Part shown: in pieces, positions 18,828-28,307 of the stretch
Numbering within the stretch: the first letter of the stretch is position 1
How the letters are laid out: every line of letters starts with the position of its first letter
The notes under the pieces: model-generated
Database searches by the model: none
What the model was told of the DNA's origin: nothing
The model's input: only the letters and a program-made list of their open reading frames with translations
Source: Allomuricauda sp.
GTDB lineage: Bacteria; Bacteroidota; Bacteroidia; Flavobacteriales; Flavobacteriaceae
Reading direction: 5' to 3'
Length of the DNA stretch: 64,000 nt
Assembly (NCBI GenBank): GCA_048270465.1
Contig: JBLWSV010000003.1
Span: 96,843-160,842 of the forward strand
Made by a program: the position numbers and the translations under genes

Positions 18828-20096
18828 TTAGACCAATTCAAATGAAGAACGTATGGCACCATAAATCTGTTGCATTTGGTCTTTTGTGGTCACATAAGGG
18901 GCCAAAATATAAATGGTGTTCCCCAATGGCCTTAAAAATACACCTTGGTCCATGAAATGGTTGAAGAGCTTGTTGCGTAAATTGCCGTAACGTTCCATTT
19001 TCACATCCAAATCCAAGGCATAAATAATGCCCAATTGCCGTGTTTTGGCCACCTTAGGGTGGTTTTTGATCTGCTTGTCAAACTCTTGGTGCCAACCTGT
19101 TATGTCCTCTATTTTCTGCTGTATTTCTTGGGTCTGGAGCAGTTCCAGGGCGGCCAAGGCCGCGGTACAGGCCAATGGGTTGGCCGTGTAGGTATGCCCG
19201 TGAAAGAGTCCTTTTGCCACATCATCGCTATAAAAAGCCAAGTACACTTCATCCGTGCAAGTGGTGAGGCCCATGGGCACCAGGCCCGCGGTCAATGCTT
19301 TGGACAGGCACATGATATCAGGCTTCGTCTGTAAATAATCGGATGCGAAGTACTTTCCTGTTTTGCCAAAGCCCGTCATCACCTCATCGGCAATGGTGAG
19401 CACCTTGTGTTTTTGCAGTAATGCCAAAATTTTATCAAGACCATCAGCATCATGCATCTTCATGGCGGCCGCACCTTGAACCAAAGGCTCATAAATAAAG
19501 CCAGCAATATTGTTCTGCTTCAAACGCTTTGCCAGTTGATTTAGGATATCACCGATATTATCTTTTGTGGGCACTGGAATCCGTTCCACTTCAATAAAGA
19601 AATCCTCAAACGGGCCATTGTACACCGAAAGACCAGAAACGGACATGGCACCAAAGGTGTCCCCATGGAAACCTTCTTCAAAGGCCAACAAAACATTGCG
19701 CTTTTCCCCCTTGTTGAAATGGTACTGCAAAGCCATTTTGATCCCAATCTCAGTAGCTGTGGATCCATTGTCCGAAAAAAACAGTTTTTCTTGGTTGTCG
19801 GGCAATATTTTAATGAGCTCTTCGGAAAGCCTCACCGCAGGTTCGTGGGTAAACCCGCTAAAAACCACTTGGTCCAGACGTTGCATCTGATCGGCCACCT
19901 TTTCCAAAATATAGGGGTTGCAATGTCCGTACATACAGGTGTACCATGACGAGATTCCGTCCACATAAGTCTTTCCTTCCTCATCGATGAGCAATGCCCC
20001 CTTGGCGCTGGCAATGGCCAGCATTTCGGGACTGGTCTTGTGCTGGGTCAATGGGTGCCAAAGGTGTTTTTTGTCCCTTTCCGATAATTTTTCCAC
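18828..20096 (-). CDS. bioA: Adenosylmethionine-8-amino-7-oxononanoate transaminase
   Basis: WHPLTQH, DGISSWY, FHGDTFG, IADEVMTGFGKTG, SKALTAG, HGHTYTAN; start set at GTG 20096 because a TAAATTTG element (20128-20121) overlaps the ORF-track TTG. Confidence 0.95.
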   Translation of the reverse strand: MEKLSERDKKHLWHPLTQHKTSPEMLAIASAKGALLIDEEGKTYVDGISSWYTCMYGHCNPYILEKVADQMQRLDQVVFSGFTHEPAVRLSEELIKILPDNQEKLFFSDNGSTATEIGIKMALQYHFNKGEKRNVLLAFEEGFHGDTFGAMSVSGLSVYNGPFEDFFIEVERIPVPTKDNIGDILNQLAKRLKQNNIAGFIYEPLVQGAAAMKMHDADGLDKILALLQKHKVLTIADEVMTGFGKTGKYFASDYLQTKPDIMCLSKALTAGLVPMGLTTCTDEVYLAFYSDDVAKGLFHGHTYTANPLACTAALAALELLQTQEIQQKIEDITGWHQEFDKQIKNHPKVAKTRQLGIIYALDLDVKMERYGNLRNKLFNHFMDQGVFLRPLGNTIYILAPYVTTKDQMQQIYGAIRSSFELV

Positions 20097-20152
20097 TACT
20101 AAGGAGTCTCTCAAAACATTCAAATTTATCTATATTGCAAAGATGATAATTA

Positions 20153-21652
20153 ATGCCCAAAAAGGGCAATAGGACCGTGCTTAAAAAAATCTGCCATCCC
20201 GATTACAAGAACCTTGACTGGAAGACCGTCTTTTTGGTTTTGTTCATAGTCGCCTTCTTCATCCGTTTTCCATTCTTTTTTCGGGACTATATCGATCGGG
20301 ATGAAAGCACCTTTATCCTTTTGGGTCAATCTTGGGTGGATGGCCATCTGCCCTATACCCAGCTTTGGGACCTTAAACCACCTATCACCTTTCTCTATTT
20401 TGCCCTTATCATCAAATTTTTTGGCAAGAGTTTTTTTGCCATTCGGCTGTTCGGCACTCTGATGGTCGCCCTCACTGCACTATTTACATACGGTATGGCC
20501 ACAAAGCTCACGAGCAAAAAAGTGGCATTTTGGACCGCTATGTTCTGTATCTTTTTCCAGAGTCTGTTCGGCAGCCTGCAAGGGGTTATGTCCGAGCACA
20601 TCTGTACCTTCTTTTTTGCTGTGGGATTATATCTTTTGTTCTGCAAAGAAAGATGGTACTACTTTTTGGTCTCCGGGTTTCTTTTGGGGCTTTCCATTAT
20701 GTCCAAGTTAAACATGGCCTATCCTGCTTTCACTCTGGGCATTTATTTTTTGTGGGAAGGGTTCAGGACCAAACAGCCTGGGAGAACCCTTAAAAATTTG
20801 ATTTTTCTCGGTACCGGGATTATTTTCACTGTGTTGCTTACTGCTTTGCCCTACTATCTGGAGGGAAATATGCCGATTTGGTGGCAATCCATCTTTGAGG
20901 CCCCACTTGCCTATTCCGAGGGCAAGTTCCATTCCCCGTTAAGGACTTTGCCCTATGTAGGGATTGTTTCAGGGCTTCTGATTATAGGATTTACCACAAA
21001 ATTGATAGATCGAAGCTCAAGGTATATCCAAATTTTAACGGTTGTGCTTATTGGGGTTTTATTGTCCTTTGTGCAGGCCGGAAAGGTGAACGGGCATTAT
21101 CTGATCCAACTCTATCCTTTTATTTTGATTCTTTCGGGGATGGCCGTGGCCAAACTTCCAATTATCAAGAAGAAATATAACCTCTTGGTCATGACACTAC
21201 TGATCCTGATTCCCATGGAATCCTATTTGGAATATGCCAATATTGTGACCAATAAATTGGAAAAAGGATCTTTTTATAATGGCGAAGGCATTGATGTCCC
21301 CAGATACATTACCGATAATAAGCTATCCACGGAAAACATCTTCTTCACCGAATACCACATTGGATATTGGGTTTTGGGGGTAAACCCGCCTACCAAAGCG
21401 GCCACACACCCCAGCAACATTACCCGTGAAGAGTTGTTCCTTTATATGGACAACCCAAGAAAAACCGGTATTGAGGAATTAAAGTACATCATGGAAGTTA
21501 TCCAACCAAAAACTTTGGTGGCCAGAAGCGGCAAAAAAATATTTGATAAAAAATTGGTGGAATACAACACCTATATTGATGCTTATTTGGCCAAACACTA
21601 TCAACTGAAGACTACGGTGGGAAGAGGCCTTATTTACCAACGATTGGAATAA
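20153..21652 (+). CDS. GT-C fold membrane glycosyltransferase (ArnT/PMT-like)
   Basis: 499 aa, many TM segments; DRDESTF and WDLKPP loop motifs; start may be GTG 20177. Confidence 0.78.
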   Translation: MPKKGNRTVLKKICHPDYKNLDWKTVFLVLFIVAFFIRFPFFFRDYIDRDESTFILLGQSWVDGHLPYTQLWDLKPPITFLYFALIIKFFGKSFFAIRLFGTLMVALTALFTYGMATKLTSKKVAFWTAMFCIFFQSLFGSLQGVMSEHICTFFFAVGLYLLFCKERWYYFLVSGFLLGLSIMSKLNMAYPAFTLGIYFLWEGFRTKQPGRTLKNLIFLGTGIIFTVLLTALPYYLEGNMPIWWQSIFEAPLAYSEGKFHSPLRTLPYVGIVSGLLIIGFTTKLIDRSSRYIQILTVVLIGVLLSFVQAGKVNGHYLIQLYPFILILSGMAVAKLPIIKKKYNLLVMTLLILIPMESYLEYANIVTNKLEKGSFYNGEGIDVPRYITDNKLSTENIFFTEYHIGYWVLGVNPPTKAATHPSNITREELFLYMDNPRKTGIEELKYIMEVIQPKTLVARSGKKIFDKKLVEYNTYIDAYLAKHYQLKTTVGRGLIYQRLE

Positions 21653-21831
21653 CTCCCCAGTGCTGGATCAGCTCTTCTTGAAAACCGTTAAATAATATAT
21701 CTGAATTTTTCCCGTTAAAGCTCTGGGTTACCTTGGTTGCCCGCAGCATATTTATCGCCCCATTACTTTTTGCCAAACAGGTTTCCTCTCCAGTTTTTGG
21801 GGTTGTCCAATACCAAATCTTATATGCTGCG

Positions 21832-23496
21832 ATGGTCAAAAACCTGCTCACTCTTGTTTGTAAGGGTAAATCTTTTCCTGTGTTATCCCTTCTTTTTTTA
21901 TTTCTGTATTCCATTTCTCTATTTCTTAACTTGGGAGTTGCCCCTTTTTACAATGAAGAGCCCAGAAGGTCCATAATCGCTATGGAAATGTTGTTCAACA
22001 AAAACTTTGTGGTAACCACGCTTTTTAATGACGTGTTTTATGACCATCCTCCTTTGTGGAACATTGTTTTGGCTGGAAGTTACTGGTTATTCGGCACCGA
22101 CACCGAATTTGCCTTCAGGTTTCCCTCTGCCCTATCACTGCTATTGACCGGGGCCGTGGTCTATTTCATGGGGAAAAAATATGTGGGACATATCTTCGGA
22201 ATCATTTCGGCTTTTTTGTACCTGATTTCGGCAGACCTCTATTTTTTCTTTTCCAATACCGCTGAGATCGACATCTTTTTCTCTCTTCTGGTCTTATTGA
22301 GTGTTTTGTGCATCTTTCATTTCCATGAACAGAAAAGGTTCACGCCGCTCTTTCTGGGCGCCTATTTTTTCTGTTTTTTGGGATTCCTTACCAAAGGGGT
22401 GGTGGCCCTTGTTTTTTTGGGCATATCGTTTCTGGTTTTCTTCTTTTTTAAAAAGGAGCTTAAAAAATTGTTCCTGCCCGTTCACTTTGTTTGCGCTTTA
22501 CTATGCGTGGGAGGTATTGCAATGTTTTTCTACATCTATGCACAGTATGATGATGCCTATGCCTACGTGGAAGGAATGTGGCGCATAACAAGGAACAAAT
22601 CCTTCTTGGACGAACAAAACAATGCCTTTTTCTCCCACTTTTTATGGTTTCCCCTTAATATGCTCGGGAATCTGTTCCCGGCCACTTTGTTGGTCTTTTT
22701 TCTCTTCAAAAAATCTGTGATTGCCAAGATCAAAGAGAATGGGTACCTGATGTTCTTGTTCCTGGTTTTCGTTTCAAACTTTGTTGTTTACTGGATTTCC
22801 CCAGGGGCCAAAGCACGTTACACCTATATGTTCTATCCTATGCTCATCAGTATTTTGACCTTTGCCTTTTTGGTTTATGGGAACAAAGAAGGATGGAAAA
22901 CGAAGCTTTTGTTCAGTGTCTTTTCCCTGATTACATTATTACTGGGGATAGGTTGTCTCATTCTTCCTTTTGTTGACTATTTTGAAGTAATAAAAGGTCT
23001 GGATTATATTGCCCTGTTCTTTGGAATCTCTGCACTGTGCCTATTCCTTCTGCAACAAAGCACAAGTGACTTTTGGAGCAGATTGATAATGGGTTTAATG
23101 GGCATTGTTATGGTCAAATTGGTGTTTTCACTCACCATTTACCCATTAAAGCAACAGAAAAGCTCCTCGTCCACCTTCAAAGATCACGCTAAAAACATTT
23201 TGGACATCACCAAAGATTCGCCCATTTATCTATATTCAAAGACAGGTTCCTTTGGCCACCATAACATTGGAAAGTTTTACACCACTGGGGCCTATTTGGA
23301 ACTTTTGGGAAATCAATCCCTCAAAAAAACTTCTTCCCATGAAGAGAGCGGTTACTATATTCTCCACAAGGAAGAATTAAAAAATCAAAAGGTCTTATAT
23401 ACCATTGATAACCGCACGAGTTGTCTTGTGCTTATTAAAAATGAAGAAGATCATTACGGAACTTGGTCGCATAATCCTGAACCATCTGTTTATTAA
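21832..23496 (+). CDS. ArnT-family (GT83-like) membrane glycosyltransferase
   Basis: Likely start ATG 21832; EEPRRSIIAMEM, YDHPPLW, AFRFPSAL, LTKG motifs; polytopic. Confidence 0.8.
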   Translation: MVKNLLTLVCKGKSFPVLSLLFLFLYSISLFLNLGVAPFYNEEPRRSIIAMEMLFNKNFVVTTLFNDVFYDHPPLWNIVLAGSYWLFGTDTEFAFRFPSALSLLLTGAVVYFMGKKYVGHIFGIISAFLYLISADLYFFFSNTAEIDIFFSLLVLLSVLCIFHFHEQKRFTPLFLGAYFFCFLGFLTKGVVALVFLGISFLVFFFFKKELKKLFLPVHFVCALLCVGGIAMFFYIYAQYDDAYAYVEGMWRITRNKSFLDEQNNAFFSHFLWFPLNMLGNLFPATLLVFFLFKKSVIAKIKENGYLMFLFLVFVSNFVVYWISPGAKARYTYMFYPMLISILTFAFLVYGNKEGWKTKLLFSVFSLITLLLGIGCLILPFVDYFEVIKGLDYIALFFGISALCLFLLQQSTSDFWSRLIMGLMGIVMVKLVFSLTIYPLKQQKSSSSTFKDHAKNILDITKDSPIYLYSKTGSFGHHNIGKFYTTGAYLELLGNQSLKKTSSHEESGYYILHKEELKNQKVLYTIDNRTSCLVLIKNEEDHYGTWSHNPEPSVY

Positions 23497-24049
23497 AACA
23501 AGGTTCCTCATCAATCCGACCCAAATATTTTGTCTTGGATTTCCTCAAGATGATTTCCTCTGTGGTCGGATGTTCGTCCCCACTGAAAATGATGCCGATT
23601 TCCACGTTCTTTTGTTGCAATTTTTCAATGGTCAACAAGGTGTGGTTGATGCTTCCCAGATAATGCCGGGACACCACGATTACTTTGTAATCCGGTTGGA
23701 TCAGGTCAAAAATGGTATCGGTATCGTTCAAGGGAACCAACAGGCCTCCGGCCCCCTCGACCACCAAATGATTATCGGTTTTTGGGGGCACAATTTTCTC
23801 CAGATCAATGACAATTCCGTCAATGGCCGCTGCTGCATGGGGGCTCATGGGGGTTTTCAGGGCATAACTGTTCGGATGGATGACCGTTTTGCTGTTGGAA
23901 ATAAGGGATTCGACCTTATGGCTGTCAGAGTTTTCGAGATCTCCTGCCTGGACTGGTTTCCAATAATCGGCTTGGAGCGATTCCACAACAATGGCCGAAG
24001 CCACTGTTTTTCCAACCTCTGTTGATATTCCTGTGACGAATAGTTTCAT
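23435..24049 (-). CDS. bioD: Dethiobiotin synthetase
   Basis: Start ATG 24049 (ATGA overlap); LFVTGISTEVGKT P-loop, YWKPVQAG, VEGAGGLLVPLN, LGSINHTLL. Confidence 0.96.
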   Translation of the reverse strand: MKLFVTGISTEVGKTVASAIVVESLQADYWKPVQAGDLENSDSHKVESLISNSKTVIHPNSYALKTPMSPHAAAAIDGIVIDLEKIVPPKTDNHLVVEGAGGLLVPLNDTDTIFDLIQPDYKVIVVSRHYLGSINHTLLTIEKLQQKNVEIGIIFSGDEHPTTEEIILRKSKTKYLGRIDEEPCFNKQMVQDYATKFRNDLLHF

Positions 24050-24432
24050 CGGGACGGTTTTGTGATGAAATTGCACTGCATGCACTGATATTTTTTTGGC
24101 TCAAAAAAGGGAAATAGTTTGTAGAAAATATTTTTTCTGGAATAATAGATTTCCGATTTCGCCTCCTTACAGTTAGGGCAGACCACCGGATGGCCAAAAT
24201 CGTCCGTGGCATAGTTCCTGACCTCATCATAAATTTCTTTGGCCAGCTCCTTGTCCGTTGAGTACACTTGAAGTTTTACCCCGCCAATGGCAGTACTGAT
24301 CAAAGGATCGGAGTTTATGGTGGCTTCATCCCTTAGAAAAACAGTGATTCCCTCTGCTTCCAATTTTCCCTTGATGATGAGGGCATCGGCAGGAAACTCA
24401 AATGTGCCCAAAGTGTGAAATTCCTGTTCCAT
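24046..24432 (-). CDS. DUF2007-like protein with C-terminal zinc ribbon
   Basis: 128 aa; IIKGKLEAEGI..GGVKLQV N-domain; CPNC...CMQC; TAATG overlap with bioF, ATGA overlap with bioD. Confidence 0.78.
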   Translation of the reverse strand: MEQEFHTLGTFEFPADALIIKGKLEAEGITVFLRDEATINSDPLISTAIGGVKLQVYSTDKELAKEIYDEVRNYATDDFGHPVVCPNCKEAKSEIYYSRKNIFYKLFPFFEPKKYQCMQCNFITKPSR

Positions 24433-25580
24433 TACGCTATCTCGTTTTTCAATAAGGACAAAATTCGTGATATTTCCTCACTTGTGTTATAGGCATGCAA
24501 ACAAAAACGCAACCGTTCCTGTCCTTCTTTTACGGTTGGGGACAAAATGGGCTTTACGTCAAACCCTTCCTTTTGCAATTCTTTGGCCACGGCCTTCACT
24601 TTGGCATTCCCGGGGACCAACATGCATTGTATGGCGGAATGGCTTTGGATGAACCTGTCCGAAAGCTGCAATCGTTCCATTTCATGCTTAAAATGGGCAA
24701 TGTTACCGTGAAGTTGTTCGGCAATGTGCGCTCCGTTCCCCTTTAAAAAATCGTAGGCAGCCAAAATTGAGGCCACTGCATGGGGTGGAAGTGCCGTGGT
24801 ATAGATAAAGCTCCTCGCAAAATTGATCAAATAGTCCGTGAGCGGCCTGCTGCCCAAAATAGCGGCACCATGGCATCCCATGGCTTTGCCAAAGGTAATG
24901 ATCCGGGCAAAAACTTCCGTTTCCAGACCCAGCTCGGATATCAAATCGGTTCCCTTTCCAAAAACGCCCGTTGCATGGGCTTCATCCACCACCAAAAAGC
25001 AGTTGTTCTCCTTGCATAGCTTGGCCATTCCCCAGAGGTCGGGGGAATCGCCGTCCATGGAGAAAACGGATTCGGTCACAATATAGATTTCTGTTGAGCC
25101 GTCCATATTTCGACTGCGCTCAATATGACGGCTTAAATCCTCAATATCATTATGGGCAAACTTGTAGCTTTTGGCATGTCCCATTTGCATGCCATCCCGA
25201 ATGCTGGCATGGACCAGTTCATCAAAAAGCACTATGTCGCCCCGTTGTGGGACCGAGGAGAAAAACCCGATGTTGGCATCATATCCGGAATTGAACACCA
25301 GAGCTGTATCGGCATGGTGGTGTGCTGCCAAAAATTCCTCCAGTTTTGGGTAAAGTGCATGGTTCCCGGAAAGCAATCTTGATCCCGAGGCGCCATTTTT
25401 AAGTTCCATTCCCTCCAAAAACTTGTGGGCCGCTCGGACCAGTTCCCCATTTCGGGCCAAACCCAAATAGTCATTGGATGAAAAATCGACAAGATTGCCC
25501 ACGGACTGCAAGCTCCTTATGGCATTTTTCTGCAAGCGTTCGGCCAGTTTGGCCTGTAACTTTCCGGGCGTCCTCTCCAT
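24432..25580 (-). CDS. bioF: 8-amino-7-oxononanoate synthase
   Basis: FSSNDYLGL, GSRLLSG, FNSGYDAN, DELVHAS, ESVFSMDGD, VDEAHATG, TFGKAMG, RLRFCLH. Confidence 0.95.
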   Translation of the reverse strand: MERTPGKLQAKLAERLQKNAIRSLQSVGNLVDFSSNDYLGLARNGELVRAAHKFLEGMELKNGASGSRLLSGNHALYPKLEEFLAAHHHADTALVFNSGYDANIGFFSSVPQRGDIVLFDELVHASIRDGMQMGHAKSYKFAHNDIEDLSRHIERSRNMDGSTEIYIVTESVFSMDGDSPDLWGMAKLCKENNCFLVVDEAHATGVFGKGTDLISELGLETEVFARIITFGKAMGCHGAAILGSRPLTDYLINFARSFIYTTALPPHAVASILAAYDFLKGNGAHIAEQLHGNIAHFKHEMERLQLSDRFIQSHSAIQCMLVPGNAKVKAVAKELQKEGFDVKPILSPTVKEGQERLRFCLHAYNTSEEISRILSLLKNEIA

Positions 25581-25584
25581 ACCA

Positions 25585-25592
25585 CAAATGTA
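25585..25592 (-). promoter_or_regulatory. -7 element for bioF-DUF2007-bioD
   Basis: TACATTTG on minus strand, only 4 nt before the bioF ATG. Confidence 0.55.
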
Positions 25593-25645
25593 GCACTTCC
25601 AGTTTTTAAGCCCTATCTTAGTGTTTTACAAATTGTCATTAAAAA

Positions 25646-27442
25646 ATGAAAATAGCCTTTTCCATCCTCTCTTTTTGTTGTTCTTTTTTGCTCGCTGCCC
25701 AAACCAACACCTATACCATTTCGTTTGGGAATGCCGTACACCATGAAGCTGTTGTCCAAGCAACGTTTCCTGATTTAAAAATGGACACGGTCTCTTTTCG
25801 TATGAGCAGAACATCACCGGGGAGATATGCCCTTCATGAGTTTGCCAAGAACGTTTATGGGTTCAAGGCCAAGGACAGCAAGGGAAATTTATTGAAAGTA
25901 CACCGGCCCGATCCGTATCAGTGGCAGGTCATAGGACACGATGGTACCATCACCATTGAATACACCTTGTTCGCCAACCGGGGCGATGGCACCTATGCTC
26001 AGGTCGATGAGACCCATGCCCACCTGAACATTCCTGCTACCTTTATGTTCTCTGCCGAGCTTGCCGAACGCAAAATCGAGGTGACTTTTGATGTCAGGGA
26101 AGACCTCAACTGGAAAGTGGCCACGCAACTTCCTTTGGTTTCGGGAACTACCTACATGGCGCCGAATTTATATTATTTTATGGACAGCCCTACGGAAATA
26201 AGCAACTATATGCTCCGATCTTTTGAAGTTGATGGAAAGACTATAAACCTTGCCCTTCACCACAACGGTACCGAAGAGGAAGCCGACACCTATTTTGAGA
26301 AAGTGAAAAAAATTGTGCTGGAACAAAAGGAAGTCTATGGCGAACTGCCCGATTTTGATTATGGCTCCTATACCTTTTTGGCCTGTTATATCCCCAATGC
26401 CTCCGGTGATGGGATGGAACACCGGAACTCGACCATTTTGACCAGCACAAGAAGTTTGGCAAACGGCGGTATGCAAGGTAACATTGGCACGGTTTCCCAT
26501 GAGTTTTTCCATGCGTGGAACGTGGAGCGGATACGGCCAAAATCCTTGGAGCCCTTCGATTTTGAGGCGGCCGACATGAGCGGGGAACTGTGGTTTGCAG
26601 AAGGGTTTACCAGTTACTATACCAATTTGATCCTGTGCAGGGCCGGTCTGATCACGCCAAAGGAGTATGTGGAAGGTCTGACGGGTACCTTCAACTACGT
26701 TTGGAACTCACCCGCCCGACAATTTTTCAATCCCATTGAAATGAGTTATCAGGCCCCTTTTGTGGATGCCGCTACTTCAGTGGATCCCGTAAACCGTGAA
26801 AACACCTTCATTTCCTATTATTCTTATGGCAGTGTTTTAGGCTTGGCCCTAGATCTTTCCCTTCGGGAAAAGGGATTGGACCTGGATGGCTTCATGAAAT
26901 TGGTCTGGGAAAAATATGGTAAACCCGAAACCCCCTATACCATTGAAAACCTGCATGATACTTTGAGCCAATATGCCGGTAAAGCTTTTGGGGACAAATT
27001 TTTCAACGACCATATATACAATAGCGAAATGCCCAATTATGCTTCCTTGTTGAAATCCATGGGGGTACTTTTGGAGCAGCCCAAGGACGCACCCTATTTT
27101 GGCACCTATGTCTCCATGAATGCCGATGGTCTTGGGGCAAGCCTTTTGAGGAACACCCAGATTGGGAGTCCTGCGTACAAAGCGAATTTGGTCAATGGCG
27201 ACGTTATCCTGAACATCAATGATGTGCCTTTTTCCGAGGGGCAAAAGTTTGAGGAGTACCTAAAACAGTTCATGATGGGAGAACCCTTAAAAGTAGATTA
27301 CACAAGGTTTGGGGAGCGCAGGACCACGACCATGATATTGACCTCCAGTCCAGATTATTCGTTCAGGTTGATGGAAGACAAAGGGCAGTCACCATCATCC
27401 AAAATGCTGGAAATGCGAAAAAAATGGCTCAAGGTTGAATAG
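25646..27442 (+). CDS. M61 family metallopeptidase with PDZ domain
   Basis: Signal peptide; GMEHRNST, HEFFHAWN, LWFAEGFTSYY, ISYYSYG; C-terminal PDZ (GSPAYKANLVNGDVILNIN). Confidence 0.92.
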   Translation: MKIAFSILSFCCSFLLAAQTNTYTISFGNAVHHEAVVQATFPDLKMDTVSFRMSRTSPGRYALHEFAKNVYGFKAKDSKGNLLKVHRPDPYQWQVIGHDGTITIEYTLFANRGDGTYAQVDETHAHLNIPATFMFSAELAERKIEVTFDVREDLNWKVATQLPLVSGTTYMAPNLYYFMDSPTEISNYMLRSFEVDGKTINLALHHNGTEEEADTYFEKVKKIVLEQKEVYGELPDFDYGSYTFLACYIPNASGDGMEHRNSTILTSTRSLANGGMQGNIGTVSHEFFHAWNVERIRPKSLEPFDFEAADMSGELWFAEGFTSYYTNLILCRAGLITPKEYVEGLTGTFNYVWNSPARQFFNPIEMSYQAPFVDAATSVDPVNRENTFISYYSYGSVLGLALDLSLREKGLDLDGFMKLVWEKYGKPETPYTIENLHDTLSQYAGKAFGDKFFNDHIYNSEMPNYASLLKSMGVLLEQPKDAPYFGTYVSMNADGLGASLLRNTQIGSPAYKANLVNGDVILNINDVPFSEGQKFEEYLKQFMMGEPLKVDYTRFGERRTTTMILTSSPDYSFRLMEDKGQSPSSKMLEMRKKWLKVE

Positions 27443-27973
27443 ATGATTTCCTATAAACAGGCTTCCATCATGGATGAGTTGAAGCAGATTCTTACGCTTC
27501 AACAGGAAAATTTAAGGAAAAACATTTCCCCAGAAGAAATGGAAAAGGAAGGTTTTGTTTCAGTGGAGCATACCTTGGAACAGCTAAAGTCCATGAACGA
27601 TGCATGTGGACATATCATTGCCGTGGAAAATGACAGGGTGATCGGTTATGCTTTGTGCATGCACCCAAAATTTGCCGATGCCATCGAGATGCTCCGCCCC
27701 ATGTTCGTCGAAATCGAAAAAATTAGGGGGAACCAGATGGATTACATGGTCATGGGGCAAATCTGTGTGGCCAAAACCCACAGGGGCCAGGGAATCTTCA
27801 AAAACCTGTACCTCACCATGAAAGAGAAACTGCCCACGGGATTTGATACCATTGTGACAGAAGTTGACGCCAAGAACATCCGCTCCTTGAACGCCCACAG
27901 GGCCGTTGGTTTTGAATTGCTAAAAGTATATCGATCAGGTGACAAAGAATGGCACTTGATTGGTTTGAAATAA
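27443..27973 (+). CDS. GNAT family N-acetyltransferase
   Basis: GQICVAKTHRGQG motif A; NIRSLNAHRAVGF motif B; abuts the M61 stop. Confidence 0.85.
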   Translation: MISYKQASIMDELKQILTLQQENLRKNISPEEMEKEGFVSVEHTLEQLKSMNDACGHIIAVENDRVIGYALCMHPKFADAIEMLRPMFVEIEKIRGNQMDYMVMGQICVAKTHRGQGIFKNLYLTMKEKLPTGFDTIVTEVDAKNIRSLNAHRAVGFELLKVYRSGDKEWHLIGLK

Positions 27974-28001
27974 AAAAGCCGCTCCATTGGAGCGGCTTTT
28001 T
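27972..28001. terminator. Bidirectional intrinsic terminator
   Basis: AAAAAAGCCGCTCC-ATT-GGAGCGGCTTTTT between convergent GNAT and atpC. Confidence 0.9.
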
Positions 28002-28020
28002 GTGAACGAATTCATTTATT

Positions 28021-28299
28021 TTAATCAGCCAGAACAATGACTCTGTTGTCCTTCATCTCCACTGTTCCACTGCTGATGGTCAAAACAGTTTCACCATTGC
28101 TTCCCTTGGAAAATTTATTCTGAAAAGCTTCGTCAATGGTGATGTTTCCTTTCACTTTGACCTTGCCCTCTTGCAACAAGGAGACAATGGGCGCGTGGTT
28201 TTCCAACATTTGGAACTCGCCATTTACTCCCGGCACCGTGACCGAGGTCACTTCTCCAGCGAACAATGTGGCTTCGGGTGATACGATTTCTAAGTACAT
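28021..28299 (-). CDS. atpC: ATP synthase F1 epsilon subunit (short Bacteroidota type)
   Basis: LEIVSPE, PGVNGEFQMLENHAPIVSLL; downstream of atpD. Confidence 0.92.
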   Translation of the reverse strand: MYLEIVSPEATLFAGEVTSVTVPGVNGEFQMLENHAPIVSLLQEGKVKVKGNITIDEAFQNKFSKGSNGETVLTISSGTVEMKDNRVIVLAD

Positions 28300-28307
28300 C
28301 CTTATGT

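Noticed and set aside
20153-23496. Glycosyltransferase pair as a transposon or integron cassette
   Set aside because: No transposase, integrase, terminal inverted repeats, target duplication or attC-like site found by eye; kept only as a possible insertion
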